DNA of 64,000 bases from contig DF236995.1 in NCBI GenBank assembly GCA_000708835.1, positions 62,001 through 126,000 on the forward strand, in the 5' to 3' direction. This document shows, piece by piece, positions 34,805-48,060 of this stretch (its first letter is position 1; every line of letters starts with the position of its first letter). The notes under the pieces were generated by a model. The model was given only the letters and a program-made list of their open reading frames with translations, had not been told where the DNA came from and made no database searches. A program made the position numbers and the translations under genes. The DNA comes from Klebsormidium nitens (taxonomy: Eukaryota > Plantae > Klebsormidiophyceae).

Positions 34805-37570
34805 CTAGGACTTTTCTAGAGCCCCGCCGGACTGGGCCTGGAAACGCGAGGTGGGTCATCAGAGGCTTCAACGGAGCGTTTGGGAGGAAGTTTACAGACT
34901 TTTGAAGGCCCTGACTGGGAAGTTGATTTTGCGGTTGACAAAATGGAGTACGGAGCATGGTCATCTGTGCCAGGAAAAGCTGAGTAAGAGGTTCGAGAAC
35001 ACAAAGGGGCAAGCAGATAATCACAATTTGCTAAACGGGCAAGGGGCCAGAACGCATCTCCAAATTCACCAAGCAATCAGGTAGAGCTCAAACAGTGCGA
35101 GAATGACAATGTAAAGTGCCCCTTTATGTTCATATCAAAGCACCTTATTCCAACACAAAACCCCTGCATCTATGGCGGCACGCCAATCTCCTACTGCAGC
35201 ATAAGCAGCACAGCATTTGGGCATTGAAGCACTCATCGGCGCATGCATGGCTGTAGCATTTTCCACAAAGCATTTGAACCCAATGCACGACCCTCCCAAG
35301 TAGTAGCTGCCGAATTTCTGAATGTAACCATCAACAAGAAAGCCCACTGACAGAATGAAAGAAGGCTGCTGTTTATGGAGATGGAAGAAAAGCAAGGTAA
35401 ACCCAAAATAAGTTGGCGCTTCATAAATCGAAGCCTCACATTGGAGCTCTGACCGCAGCAGGTTGTTTACGGTGCTCATCATGTGATCAAGAAGCATTGC
35501 GAAACCATTCTGAAAAATCATCGTCGGACGTTTCTGTTGCTCACCTTACCAACGGGAAGAATGCCCGGAACAGGCCCGTCACATTGTAGATGCTCCAAAA
35601 CAAGATTCGAGTGTCATGATGAGTGGCGCTGTGAGTCTAAGTTTTGGAGCGGAGTCCTCAAACCTGCTCCATCAGCACGCTTCCTAACCAAAAAGCGGTC
35701 AATGGGGCCATCCAGAGGTGATTGATCGCATTGCCTAAGAGAGGACGTGCTGGAAGGACAATTCGTGAAACGCCATTGCATGTCGGAGAGACGCAGACGC
35801 TCAAAAGTGGTGCCCAGCGCACCTCCAGCGCCCTGCGTTCAGCTGCCTTGCTGCTTGCAAATTCAGAGTGCGAGTCGAGCCGTCTGGTTGAAAGTCAAGC
35901 TCCTTCCACCAATGTGTGTCAAGAAAATTGAAACTAACCCCTTCCATATACTCTTGACACTCAAGCATGCCGTTCTCTTCTACAGCGTTCAAAATGCCGT
36001 CCCGTTCGCACAACAAATCCAATGCAATTCAAATGTTCCAAGCAGATTTAAGGTGCTAGCTAGCCGTCATTGTGGCGTCAGACTCAGTGGTCACGGAAGC
36101 CAGCGGTTGTCTCGCTAATAGGTACTATTAGCAGCTCAAATGGTCATGGCTGCTGCAGGCAGAGCCGCTTGCAACAGAGGATCGCTGTTCTTTGGAGGGA
36201 AAGGGTGTCCGGAAAGGGGGTGTAGCTGCGTCTCCCAGTGAATTAGGCGCAGCCGGTTGTTCAGTTATTCCGTGTTGTCGGAGTACATCCAGACGATCAA
36301 ATCACCACCATTAACTGCAATACAAAGCTGTGGTGGCAACTCTTTACATTCAGGAGTGCATTTGGCACTGCGGAAAGCGGTGCTGGCCCGCAGTTGCCAC
36401 ATTGTACAGCTGGCGATTTCGGAGGGAAGATTGCTCTCATTAGTTGACATGGCTTGGTACATGCCTCAGCATTCACGATTTGCCCGTCAAACCAGAAGGT
36501 GAGCAGGCTGCGCAATAGACAGGGGCAAGTTTCGCCCAAGAAGTGAGTAGCCTCTTTGTTGAAGACAAGCGGATCAGGATGTTGTTCTCTAGGCTGCTGG
36601 TGGAGCAGGGGAAGTTACTGAGGCAGCAAAGCTGTGAAGTAATGCAGGAAAATGAGAGTAACTTCTTATGGGGCTTCGGACTTCATTGGGAACCGGTGAT
36701 TGGCCTCACAACTATGTTGACAGTCCACCTTTCTACTTCCAAAAAGTTTCTTTGAAAGCCTCTAATTAAGAATCCGATGCAATTCTGCGCGTTTCATTGA
36801 TGCATCGAAATCTTTTTTAACGAAGTCTCTTACCCCAGAGCCACTCCTTGCCAGTTAGTGACCAGATCAACTGTGAAATCTTTGATGCTGTTGTGCTTCT
36901 GCGCAGCATGATCAATGTGCGTTTCTCGCAGCAGCGCCGGGACATGGTTCTGGCAATGTGTCATTTGGAGAAGCTTGACATGTGTCGACGTCGTACTGGG
37001 CGGACATGCGGCCTCAGGGAACGCCGGCGACCCAGGGGCACAGGATAGGGGGGCGGGCACGCATGAGTGACAGAAAAATGACAGTATCGGAGGCAAATAC
37101 AATGGGGATATGAGTCCCTTGCGATGCAGGTGAGGAGCGGTTGAGAGGAATTCTTTCCTGGACCTTCCGAAAACTTATGCGTGGTTGGAGGGGCTGAATA
37201 GCGGCTTGTGAAGTGGTTGCTGGTTTGGGGAACTGTAACAGGCGTCCCATCTTATCGCCGCAAGCAGAACCGGTGGCCAACTCTTCAACCAGGGGGATGT
37301 CCTAGCTGCTAAATGGCCCATTGTCATAGCCGATTTTGAGATGCTTATTGTGTCGTTACGAGCACAGCATGCGAGCATACTTCTTCAGGGGATCAGGTCT
37401 GGTGTGCCTCATTAACCCCTCATGCGCTGGACGCGCTGTTCTCATCTGTATGACCATTTTTTAATTTAATCGTCTTTCAATTTGGCTTGTTTGGAAATAT
37501 TGGCCCCTTTCTGGTTCAGGGTCATTGGCTGCCTGCGAAGATTAACCCGTTGAAATGAATTGCTTGCACG

Positions 37571-40500
37571 CAGAACCGAACGGAAGCGACGCTCAGAAAG
37601 CAGGCCAGCCCAGGATCGACGGCTCCACACCGCCGGCGCAGGACGGACTGGCGTGGTAAGCGCTTTGACGGTGGGTAAATCTCGGTAACAATCATGACGA
37701 ATCCCCTAACCTGAAGTTGATGGTGTGGACACGCCTATTGTTCATAGCTGGAGATTAAAAGGGGGGGTATCTAAAACATGTCCGTTGGTGATGTATGTTG
37801 TCCTCCGGTGGTTAAGATGGAAAAATCCTAGTACTCACGAGCCTTGAGGACTTCCCAAGCCGTTGAGATCTGCGTTCAGAATGTGTTGGAAATAGGTCGA
37901 GCTGTTGATACACTTGTCAGCGGACCGCTTTCCGAATCTGTTCGTCGTTCCTCTGCCAAGCCTGAGAGATATCCAAGGCCTGAACCAATTTTGTCGAGTC
38001 TGCAGGTCGTTTGCTGCCAAGAGGAGCCCGCCTTTAGAAGTGCAAGGTGGCCCTGCTGAGCATCAAGGTGGGTGATCAAGCTTTGCTTGTAACTCATCAC
38101 TTGCATACCCGCGGTTAGCTCGACCAGTCCGTACACCGGATTCAAAAGCCCGCGGGACTTTGACGTACGTCTGCGGGCTTTGCCGTATAATGCAGCTAAA
38201 AAAACGAGGGAAGTCTTGCTGTAATGTACTTTCGGAGCGAGGCAGCTCCAAATCCCGAGACAATGTGCTTGCCCGAGGCAGACTTCACAGAAAGTGACGA
38301 GAAGGTGGACAAACGTCGGAAGTACGTTGAGCTTTGAGTCGGTCAAAAGGCCGCTAGCGCACCTAACTTTCCGGAATTTGAGCTAGCCTGAAATCCTCCG
38401 ACTTCGGAGCTCAGAATGCTTTTCTCGATGCAATTCCACCCTGTTTTCACCAGGAATCTTGAACTTGAACGCTAGCAGGGAACTCAACTTGGCTAGTGGA
38501 GCTCAGGAATTGAGAGTCTTTTGCAGCTCGTGCACCGAAAGGAGCTGAACGAATCAGGACACAACAATTGTTGCAGCCGCGAATGTGATCGCATCTGCTT
38601 GTCCAGGCTGCCGGAGTCGGCTTGACCCTGCACTCTGCCCGCTGCACAGACCGTCGTGTTCATCGAGCTGTCGTGGCTGCCGGGCGATCTGCTGCAAGCG
38701 GAGGTGAGCTTATATTTTGTGACAGCAGCGTTTGGGCGGGCCTGGGAATGGTTTGACCTAACGGATGGTGCAATGGGTTGCAGAGCAGCATCGAGGGAGA
38801 GACGTGCGGAAAGCTTGCATACAATTCGATTCACGCTGGGACGGACACTGAATGCTTTGGCGGACTCTTGAAAAGCTGGGCTGACATTACATTGTGGAAA
38901 GAATCAGACTCTTCGCCAGGAGAATCTGAGGAGCGGGCAACTATAACCCGTCCCTAAAGAACGCCAGTTTTGTAAGAAACGGCACTGTCTTCCATCCTTT
39001 AGGGCGTGCGCATTCCTGTAATCCCAGGCTCAATGCTCGTACATGCAAAAGTCGGCCGGCCAACGAAGGTCGCTAGCAAGATTGTGAAACTTGGCGTATT
39101 GCGTAGTTGTTTGGAGCCGCGGTTTGTCCAAGGCCTGGAGCGAAAATCCGCAGCCCTTTTTCGTCAACGGCCTGCACAATTCGCGACTGTCGTGTGATGG
39201 TGCGCCCCAACGCGCTCACTGACGCTGGTGTGACGTCGCCGTGCAGGACCGGTGCCACTGCATGGGGCAGAGCTGCCGGTCCTGTACATGTACTGGCCTA
39301 GACTCGCGAGCGTTTATTTCGATCTTTCAGAGTTTTCTCTCCGGGCCATTTCGTTTCAGGGACCATCGAACCAACGTGAGAGTCAGGCACTTTTGCCGTT
39401 TGCAATCTTCCAGTGCTTGCACTGCCTGCGGTCGCTTGCAGCCTCTGACTTTTCAATCTGCTTCCATGGAACGGTTCCGTGCACGGAACCGTTGTGGAGT
39501 TTTGTTTCTCATTAGGCAAGTCTCATGGGCGCATCAATCTGTTCGACTTTGACAACGTTGAGATGCCACGTGGGTGCCACCTTCAATCCGGTCAAGCTGC
39601 GACAGGTCGATCTCGACAGATTCTCCACCGTGACACCGGAAAGTGCACTGCCCAGTGGTGGCTTGCCTAGACGACTCATTAGGGGCGACGTGGCTGATGC
39701 AGGAGACGTCCGACGACATCATGTGGGAGTCGGTGCGGCGGACGCTGGAGAATGTGGGCAAAGTCCTGAACGGCGTACGTGCACGAAGTTTGGTAACTAC
39801 CATTTCACTTTAGAGCCATTTTCACCTAGGATAGGCGCCCGGGAGACGGGTAGGGTTGGTGTGGTGGTTAGGGTGGGTTCGGGTGCGGAGCGGGTGCGGA
39901 GCGGGTGATTCTTTCGGTTAGCGTTATTAGTTTGTTGGCCCGGGTAGCTCGGATCCCAAGTGAAATGGCTCTTAAGTGAAATGGGAGTTACCAGTATCGT
40001 GTACGATCACATGAGCGTCGCGCAGTAACACCGGCTGAAGGGCCGGCCGCTCAACCAGCCGCGAATCGCGGAGATGCTGTCGTCCCGAGGGGGTTGGGTG
40101 CAGATTAAACAGAGGGGGGGGATCGGGAGCAGGTTCGAGTTGGGGTGGCGAAACGAGAGGGGCAGAGCGGGGGCGAGAACAGAGAACGGGCAAAACGGGG
40201 AAGAGGGAAGTGAGGGGGTAGGGCAACGGGATGCGAGCTCAGCAAATGAGGCGGAAAAGGAAATTCAAGGAGGGATGGGGGCCACGAGACAAGGGCGGGG
40301 CTTTTGGGCCTCAACGGCATTGCTGGGCGGAGAGTGAGAGCGGAAGTGGCCGTGTTCTTTAGTGATCGGATTAACAGGCGCAGCGAGGGGAATTTGAGTG
40401 CTGAGCCGGGCCGGTGGAGTAAACCGGCGCCCGGACTAGTTAGAAAGAGGGGCCCGGCAGTCAAGCGAGCGTCGCCGCAATATTCAGGCACTTGCTGGGT

Positions 40501-41365
40501 GGTGACGTCAGCGGGATGGTGGGCGCGGACGTCAGCAAGGGTTCCCCTCGTACTCAAAAGCGGAAGCCGGGGTTCAATGGTGGAAGCTTCGGAACGGAGG
40601 GGGCTGGTGCCAGTCACTCAGATGCGCTCGGGGAGACAGTCCCAGCGCTTCTCTGAGGGGGGAAGGAAAGACCCCGCTTCTAAGGGGCGATGTGGCAGGA
40701 TTCTGCCGTGGGGGGCAAGCAAGTGAGTCGACAGGAGTCACGACCGCGCTTTTTGGCGCAAGCACGGAAGGTTCTGTCGGGGTGCAACATGTCAGGTCGG
40801 GAGTTCCTGGCGTAGGTACCGGGCTAGGCGGGGCAATTCCTCCAAGCGCGCCGGTTGAGGAGGAGAAGAGATAGTGCTTCTGATACGAACACGCAAGGTT
40901 CTATCAGGACGCAAGAAAGTGAGCCGGCGGTTCTTTCGGACGGGCTTGGGCTGGGGGGCTTGGGCTGGGGGGCCCAGTCCCAAACGCTCCGGTTGAAGAA
41001 AGTAGGAGAGACCGCGCTTCTGAGGCGGACGGGCAGGGTGCTCTTTAGGCGCAAGCGAGTGGGTCAGGGGTTTAAGGATGGGTACCGGGCTGGAGCAGTG
41101 CTCGAGAAGAAGCTCCGGGCGGTCGGCCGGGAAACGGAACGGGCGGAAGGAGCGGAATTAGCGCCGGCCCGAATAAGGACTGCAGCAGTTGCAACTTGCC
41201 GGATGGGAAGGCCGGGGTGACACTGTACAAGGAGCTGAGGTGAGAGTACTATCAAACGGCGCGATGGTGGGGGGCCGGAGACCGGAGGCAAAACGGAGGA
41301 GAGAGGAACGGAAGGATGAGCAAATGAGCAAGGTGCAGAAATTGGATTACTAAGTTGACGCGGGC
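37571..41365 (+). pseudogene. Decayed inverted duplicate of the last five exons of the SMARCAL1-like gene
   Basis: Homologous exons at about 37571 (EATL...RIDGSTPP), 38006 (QEEP...KVALLSIK), 38591 (AAGVGLTLH...FIELSWLPGDLLQAE, with a 7-nt frameshifting insertion), 39247 (DRCH.MGQS, frameshifted) and 39702 onward (ETSDDIMWESVRRTLENVGKVLNG, then a MITE insertion, an in-frame TAA, and ...MSKVQKLDY*). Intron sequence is also homologous, so the duplication was at the DNA level. Confidence 0.88.
39782..40001. mobile_element. MITE-like insertion of about 220 bp with imperfect TIRs of about 43 bp, inside the pseudogene exon
   Basis: Left end CACGAAGTTTGGTAACTACCATTTCACTTTAGAGCCATTTTCAC; reverse complement of the right end CACGATACTGGTAACTCCCATTTCACTTAAGAGCCATTTCAC. 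It interrupts sequence that is contiguous in the functional gene (AATGGCGCGCACGATCAC). Confidence 0.8.
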
Positions 41366-42600
41366 CGGGGGATGGGATGTGATGAGGAACGAAGACGCGA
41401 TCGTTTGCTGAATGGAGTCAGACGCTGTTTAGAACCCGGATGCTTTTGCAAAGCGTGCCGGACTACTTGTGCGTATATCTGATCATGAATCCCTCTTTCA
41501 AGTCGATTGGAACTGACCAGATGGTGGCGCCTTCCGATTGCTCGATTCTTGATGCACTGGTGGACGTTGAGTTTTTTAAGTCCTTTGAGCAGATACTTAC
41601 AAACTATTTTATCGGGTGACAGATTCTAAGCCCTTGACCAACTTAGCCTCTGGATGCCGTATAAAATCTTACGCTAGCATGCCATGATGCTTGTGAGACT
41701 ATTATGGTAATGCCGCATAAGCATCGGGGTTGCATTCTTGGCTCATGAATGTCGACTCGCATATGGCCCGGCCATACAGCCGCACGGCGGCCGCATGAGC
41801 TCTTGTATGGCTTATTGACTCGAATTTTACAATCATTATGCATGCACGTGGTTTCTGCACACATACATTCCACGTGGGACAAGGTTCCACCCGGATTCCT
41901 CCGTCTCTGTACTTCTTCTTTGCTTGCATACGGTAAGTTGTATGATAGCCTATTCATAGAAGCTGGGTGGAGCTAGGTAGCTGGATACGGAGTGTAACCA
42001 TCCTACCTGTACAATGGTATTTCACCACCGGGTGTATGCACATCGTATACTTGACAAGCTAGCCGTTGTCCAATTCGTTCAAGCATTGCAATCTGCCGAG
42101 ACGTCGGAAGCGTACGTCAGTCAACGCCGGACACAGTGACATTCCTCACAATTTGGAGCAACCTGGGCAGGGCCTCTGCGGAATCCGGAGACTCTCCGGA
42201 AACTCTCTCTGAGACGTAACGTTTTGATCCCCGCAGCTAGCGGCTTGGCCACTACTGAGCGTGCGCGCTTGGTGCTCTGGATTTTGGACTAGGGTGCATG
42301 AATCATGCATGATATTGGACGAGAGGGGGACGAGAGCATGTGCAACTGTGGTGCAACTCAATGATTAGGGCCGCGACCAATGGTTGCCACCTGGCACCAA
42401 CATACAACCGTCCGTTGCCTTGAACGTCCGGTGCCGGCCGCTCTCTTTTATGGCTAGGACGGGGAGGGAGGCCGGGGGGGAGGGCAGGAAGGGATGCATT
42501 ATCATGCATATATAGGGAGGCCTTCTGTGCTTCTGATATTCTGAGAAAGGTGCCAACAGCTAGCTGCTAGCTACTGCCCACTGCCGCAAGACTATCAAAG

Positions 42601-43130
42601 TAGACTCCTTTTGTTAGTGTTTCCGCCACTCAGAGTGGTGTGAATCACTCTCAAGCACCTGGAAGCACCTGAATTATTGCAATCTTTCAGCGGTTAGCAA
42701 TGAGACTGACACTGACATTGACACTGACAATGACATTGACATCGACATCGACATTAACATTGACCCGGGGCACTCTCTGTGACATTAGGGTTACGTTGCA
42801 AACCTGTGACGGTTCACGGCAATCGACGAGCGCTTTGTTAGGGTTACGCCATTTCCAAGTGACATTAGGGTTAGTCACTGACAGTGACAACCGGGCAGAG
42901 TTCTTTTGGTTTTAGTGTTGAAAGCCATTTATCCTGACCCGAACCCACCCGGGTCCCGTACTAGAAAGTGTACCACAAAGTGTACGGTAAAGCTGACAGT
43001 CTGACGCATTATTGCTCAAAGGACCTGAACTGAAAGTACGGTCCACGCGGAGACCCTGTGAACCCATGATCCCGCGTGTGAAATGTTTTCACACTTTTTT
43101 GGAGCCTGAGACACTAACAAAAGGAGTCTA
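42601..43130. mobile_element. MITE-like element of about 530 bp with a perfect 20-bp terminal inverted repeat (TA included)
   Basis: TAGACTCCTTTTGTTAGTGT at 42601-42620 and ACACTAACAAAAGGAGTCTA at 43111-43130. The interior has a GACATT-type hexamer array (about 42705-42765) and TTAGGGTTA motifs. Confidence 0.7.
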
Positions 43131-44135
43131 GGTACTTCGTCGTACTAGCCCCACTGCCTCCAGTTCTAGCTTCAACATGATGTGGCAGTGTTACAACTTC
43201 TTACAACACCCTCAGGCTGGTCCCTTATCGCAATCATGGTACCGGTATTATGCAGCAGAACGCCCGGCCGGGTGGTAATCGACGGGGACTGGCGCATGCA
43301 CATTTGTGATCCATAATGACGTCGACATCGTCTCCTCCAGTCGAACGAGGTACCTACCTGCTACTGTATAGTACGTCAGGCCGGAGTCACTCCAGGCTGG
43401 CGTCGGCCACGGCACGAAAGCCACGGCAAACGTCGGCAACATGAGTTCCGAACTTCCGAAGCCTGCACGAATTGGATATTAAGGAATGCCAGTCACAGTG
43501 TACTGTATGTACGTTTGAACAGATGACTCATGAGCACATGCTGAGCTTGCAGCCACAGAGCTACAACGTTGGGCGGCGATACGGGACTCTTTAGTGACGT
43601 CACAACGTCAGTGCACTGTGATAGGTAGTGAGAGACTGGTACTGGAGTTGACTCCCCGGTACTCCGGAGTCCGGACTAGGGTACCGGTATAGGCTCTCGG
43701 TCACTCCACGGTTAGTAGCCTAAGTAGGCTACCTAGCCTACGGTATAAAGCATACCTAGCTAGCTTTTGGCAGACAACTGTACTTTGGCACTGGTCTGCT
43801 GGTCACTGGGAGTCACTTTGCTTGCAACGTAGGTGTTCGAAACTCAACAAACAAATACGAAACGGCGCGCAGAAGTTAAAGACCCGTTTGTCCATCCATC
43901 CAGATTCCAGTCCATCACAACAGCTTTGCAATTGGATCAGTGCTCAGCTGGTGGACCGTTGAGAACTTTGGAAGGACAGCCCATAGCACCAGAGCTTTCA
44001 GCTGGCATCCTGGCCCGGGCCTCACCTGCGTTGTCCAGTTCTCAAAAACCTCATTAGCGGCGGGCAGAAATTGTTGTTCTAGAAAAGCTGCCATTTGTCG
44101 TTGGTGTTCTACTTGCGGAGCTCTTAGTGGTTATC

Positions 44136-47100
44136 ATGGCAGGTCTGTCTTGGGCAGCCAGCGCTGCCTTGCTCCTCGTCATGTGTGCTGCCCGAGCTGC
44201 TGCCAGGGACAACTGCGGCGCAAACAGCCCTCCAATCAATGATCCAATCTGTGGGCCCAGCCCGTCCTTGACAAATTGCAATGATCACGCATCGCTGACC
44301 AGACACGAGGGGACCTTTCTTGAAGGGAACTTTCGCGGATTCTTTCGAACTGGTGATTTTGGCACTCACATAAGTGACAGCGAAGATCTCGGGGCTTGCT
44401 GCACCTCATGCCAGGCAAAGCGGGACTGCAACGCGTGGAACGTCCTACATTCCTTAGGATGCTACCACATTTCGGCATTTAATTGCATGTTCCAGTTTTT
44501 TCAAGAAGTTTCGTCAGAAACCTACACCGATGCTGGGGGTACGACAATCCTCGTCGACTCAGGCTATTATGGCACTGGGGGCATCTTGGCACAACAACGA
44601 TGCATCCCACGTGAGTTTTTGGCCAAGCTTTTCTTATAATTTGTATGAAAGGATTGCTTGATTGTTCTTAGCAATGTGCGGGAAAACTTCCATGCCCTCA
44701 CTGACCTAGCATCGTGTATTCAGACCTTCGAAGACATCTTTCTTTGGAAGTTAACTACATGTCTTCAATGTTTCCTTCCCATCAAGAACCTTCTTTAGGG
44801 GCAGAATGCTTGGTCACTTGGTCTTTTCTCAGCTCCCGGCTGAGCTCCATCCTGGATCGGTGGCTAGAGTAGCTTATTCGTCTCTACTCGCTTACCTTTC
44901 TGAATCACAAGATGGAATAGGCAAGGAATCTGAGCTGGGGCTTCCGCTAGTTACACTTTTTCCTGCTGACAAATTCATTGGGCCACCGGGGTACCTCATG
45001 CTTGTTACATACTTTCCTTGACCATACCTTTTCTTTACCGTACAGCAATGCCATGGGCCGGCATAGCTTTTGGGATGCTGGACCCCCACTTTGAGATTAC
45101 ACGCCTCAACAACGGCAATCAGCTCAACTCCTCCTTCTCCTTTGACTTCCATGGCGAGGACGGCAAGAACTACTGCATGGTCTCGGATAACCTGCTGGAG
45201 GTGAGGTGTGAGTGTGTGACAAGATCACAGTGTTTGCACATTTGCATAGGTTAATAGGAAGTATCCTAAGCAGCAGTCCATTGGCAGTACCTTGCAAGGC
45301 CCTAAGGCTTGGTAGGATGTGAGCAGTCTGACCTTACAGCGGCCATTTGCCAGTCTGTGAGCAGTTGGGTTATACGAAGCTTGACCTCCAGAAACTTACT
45401 TGCTCATCAAGTGCATCGTGCCTGCGGAACGTCTGCCCTCCCATGGTCATTCTTGTTCATTCCTCTCTTTGTTCAACTAATGCTTAGAACTGAACACCAA
45501 ATGTCAAACCTCTGTGCAGGTGATTGTACAAATGTTCAGCCTGTCCCCGGACTCTGTCGTGCTGCAGCGGCCGGTGGAGGAGGTTGACCCATTTTTTGAG
45601 GGCACTTGGATGAAGGGCTTTGGGATCCTGTACCATGACCAAAGCCAGGAGCCTCACAGAATCAGCATCCTCCTCAATCCCGCTGCTGATAGGATTGGCG
45701 AGCAGCCTTTCAATGCAACTTTCGATGGTGTTCCCATGGTGGCCCTGGAGGTGAGGGAAAACTTTTCAAACAGGCCGCTTTGCTGATAGTTTCACTCTTG
45801 TCTCTTGGACTCACGGTCTTTGCTCTGGACCTTCTGGTTTCTGTGTAAGGCACTAAGCAAACCATCACGCAGTCATTTGCTGGCTGCAATAGCCAGCAAC
45901 CAAAGCTTTGCACGTTTTAAAATCTCAGCTCAGCAGAATCTTGCACGTTGCTTCGGGCCAAATATCGCTTTTATGTTGCAGCTACCGAACATGATTCGTG
46001 TCCAACAGACATGATAGTCTTTACCTAAGCCATCTGTTTCTGAGCGGTTACAGTTGCGGATAGATTGAACGGTACGTACTTTTGCCATCACTTATCCTTG
46101 TATTAGGGTCGTACCAGAGTCATCATTTGCCTACTCGAGGAATACCCTGCTTATTTGCCCCTCGCTTTTCATCCAGGCACCGGGCCCAGTCCTCTGGAAG
46201 AGCCCTGATGGCCTTGCCACTGTTGTGCGCGAGGCTGGCCGCATCAACTCCCTCCTGGTCTCCATCTCCGACCTACTTGAGATGGAAGTCGTGACCGACT
46301 CAGAGAAGGAGCTGATCGCTGACCCGCCCATTCATTTCCTGAACTTCAACTTCAGGAACATTACCACCACTCCCAGTGTGCATGGAGTAAGTTGACTCGT
46401 GGACCCCGGTCCTTTCTAATTAGCGCACTTGGTCCTTTCTGGAGCTTTGGAAGTCTATGCAGACTATGCATGGCCGGTCTGCGAGCTGGTCGTGGGCCGA
46501 AAATTCACGCGACAGAAAATCCCACTTGACTGAAGTACGACTCGGGAGTCCTCCATGTGCTCCAGAAATTTCGAGCTGCGTGTCCTTTCGAAGTGCACCT
46601 TATGCCAAAGCTAGGTTCTTTTAAAGGGGCGAACGTTGCCCCAATAAGATCAACGTCTCAGATTGCTGCATCATTCGCCAAGCCTGGCCATGCCAAACCT
46701 CGACCGTATACAACCCGCCTGCAACTTCCTGAAACTTTGGTATTGAGAAGAGTCTGACGGTGGAGTCTTCGACTTGGCCAACTGAGACAGAACGTGCAAC
46801 CATATTGCGTGAAGAGCGATAAGCAACACAAAACTTTCCCTCCGGATTGCAGTTTCTCGGGCAGATGTTTGCGCCGGGGGCTATTGCAGAGAGACTGGAC
46901 ATGGGTACCCTCGAGGGCTTACGTCACCGAGAGTATGTGGAGGGTACTGATGACGACTATGCTGCCTCGAGTTTGACCGAGGCAGACTGCAGTTTCAGTC
47001 GCTTTGGCAAGGTATGGCTCCCAGTGTGTCTCAGGGCCTTACAACTTATGGGGCTTCTCTTGGTAGATTTTCCACAAGACTCTGTTCGAAACTTTTTGCA

Positions 47101-48060
47101 ATTTATCTACACTTCTCTCCTCTCCGATTCGTCAAACGAGGGTGCTCCAGAGTCATCGTAAACGTCCTGAACGAGTTCAAAACCAATCAGGCCACTCAGA
47201 TGCATGAGATTTGTGTCTGGCCCACGCTGTCAATTTTTAACTCAGTACTTTCGTTAGAACCTTGCGTTTGGGCCGGTTCAGTTTCGGGTTCGAATGCCCA
47301 AACAAAGATGCTTTCAGATGTAGACACTCGGCTACAGACTTTTTTAGGAATCTTGGAAGGCAGCCCCTCAAAACCGCAGGGTGTTCGTTACAATATTCCA
47401 CTTTTGCCTACGATTTAAGCAGTATGTTGTCTCTGATGTCAGCTTGTAAACAGGTTCGGTCTCTCCGTTGAGATGAGTCTGTTTCAAAGCTGATTCCAAC
47501 TTCGAACCAAGTTTGAGTACCCCATCTGTTACCTTGGCCCTTGAATTCTAACAGTTGCTGATTTAATCTGCTAGCTGGACCATTGGTCTGCCTGACTTCG
47601 GCTCTTGCTAAGACCGCCAGGTGCCGCCGCAAGTACAGTCGCATGGACTCAACAGAAAGACGTGAAGACAAAACGAAGATTGTCAATTACAGCAGATCAG
47701 CACTAAGATCTTGCTTTAGTATGCTTACAGCATACAGCTGAGACTCGGTTGACAGCTAAGCGCGCCCCGTTCTGTTTCGGGAGTTGGGGTTCTCAATCGT
47801 CCATCATTCTGGACTCACGGCCGAGGGATTTATGGGGATTCTGTGCGTCCTCTCTCCTATCACGTGTACGCATCTCGGCTGCAGCCAGTGCCAATCCCTC
47901 GTGCTTCCCGAGCTCACTGGATTTTGAATTGTGCAACTGACTTCTCCTCTGGTTCGTTTTGCTGCAGGGAGCCGAGAACAACGATGCCGGTGAACTGGCT
48001 GGTGCGTCGGCTGGGTTGCCGCACGCTGTCTCGTCCGGCCGCCGTCTCCTCAGGCTTTAG
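44136..48060 (+). CDS. Secreted PAN/Apple-like plus Root_cap (LEA-related) domain protein, about 440 aa
   Basis: Exons 44136-44610, 45046-45200, 45520-45750, 46177-46386, 46853-47011 and 47968-48060 splice in frame (1323 nt). It has a signal peptide and a PAN-like motif, ACCTSCQAKRDCNAWN...GCY. Root-cap family motifs: DPHF...FDFHGEDGKNYCMVSDNLL, HFLNFNF...VHGFLGQ, and EGTDDDYAASSLTEADCSFSRF. Confidence 0.85.

Noticed and set aside
35135-37400. Short ORFs between SMARCAL1 and its pseudogene copy
   Set aside because: No recognisable motifs. I could not match them to further SMARCAL1 exons or build a gene model.
40074-41291. ORFs of 60-170 aa in the 40-41 kb region
   Set aside because: Frameshifted remnants and shadows of the duplicated SMARCAL1 last exon.
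41965-43765. Possible larger TIR element (AGCTAGGTA-like ends) enclosing the 42.6-kb MITE
   Set aside because: The inverted similarity is too short and degenerate, and there is no TSD.
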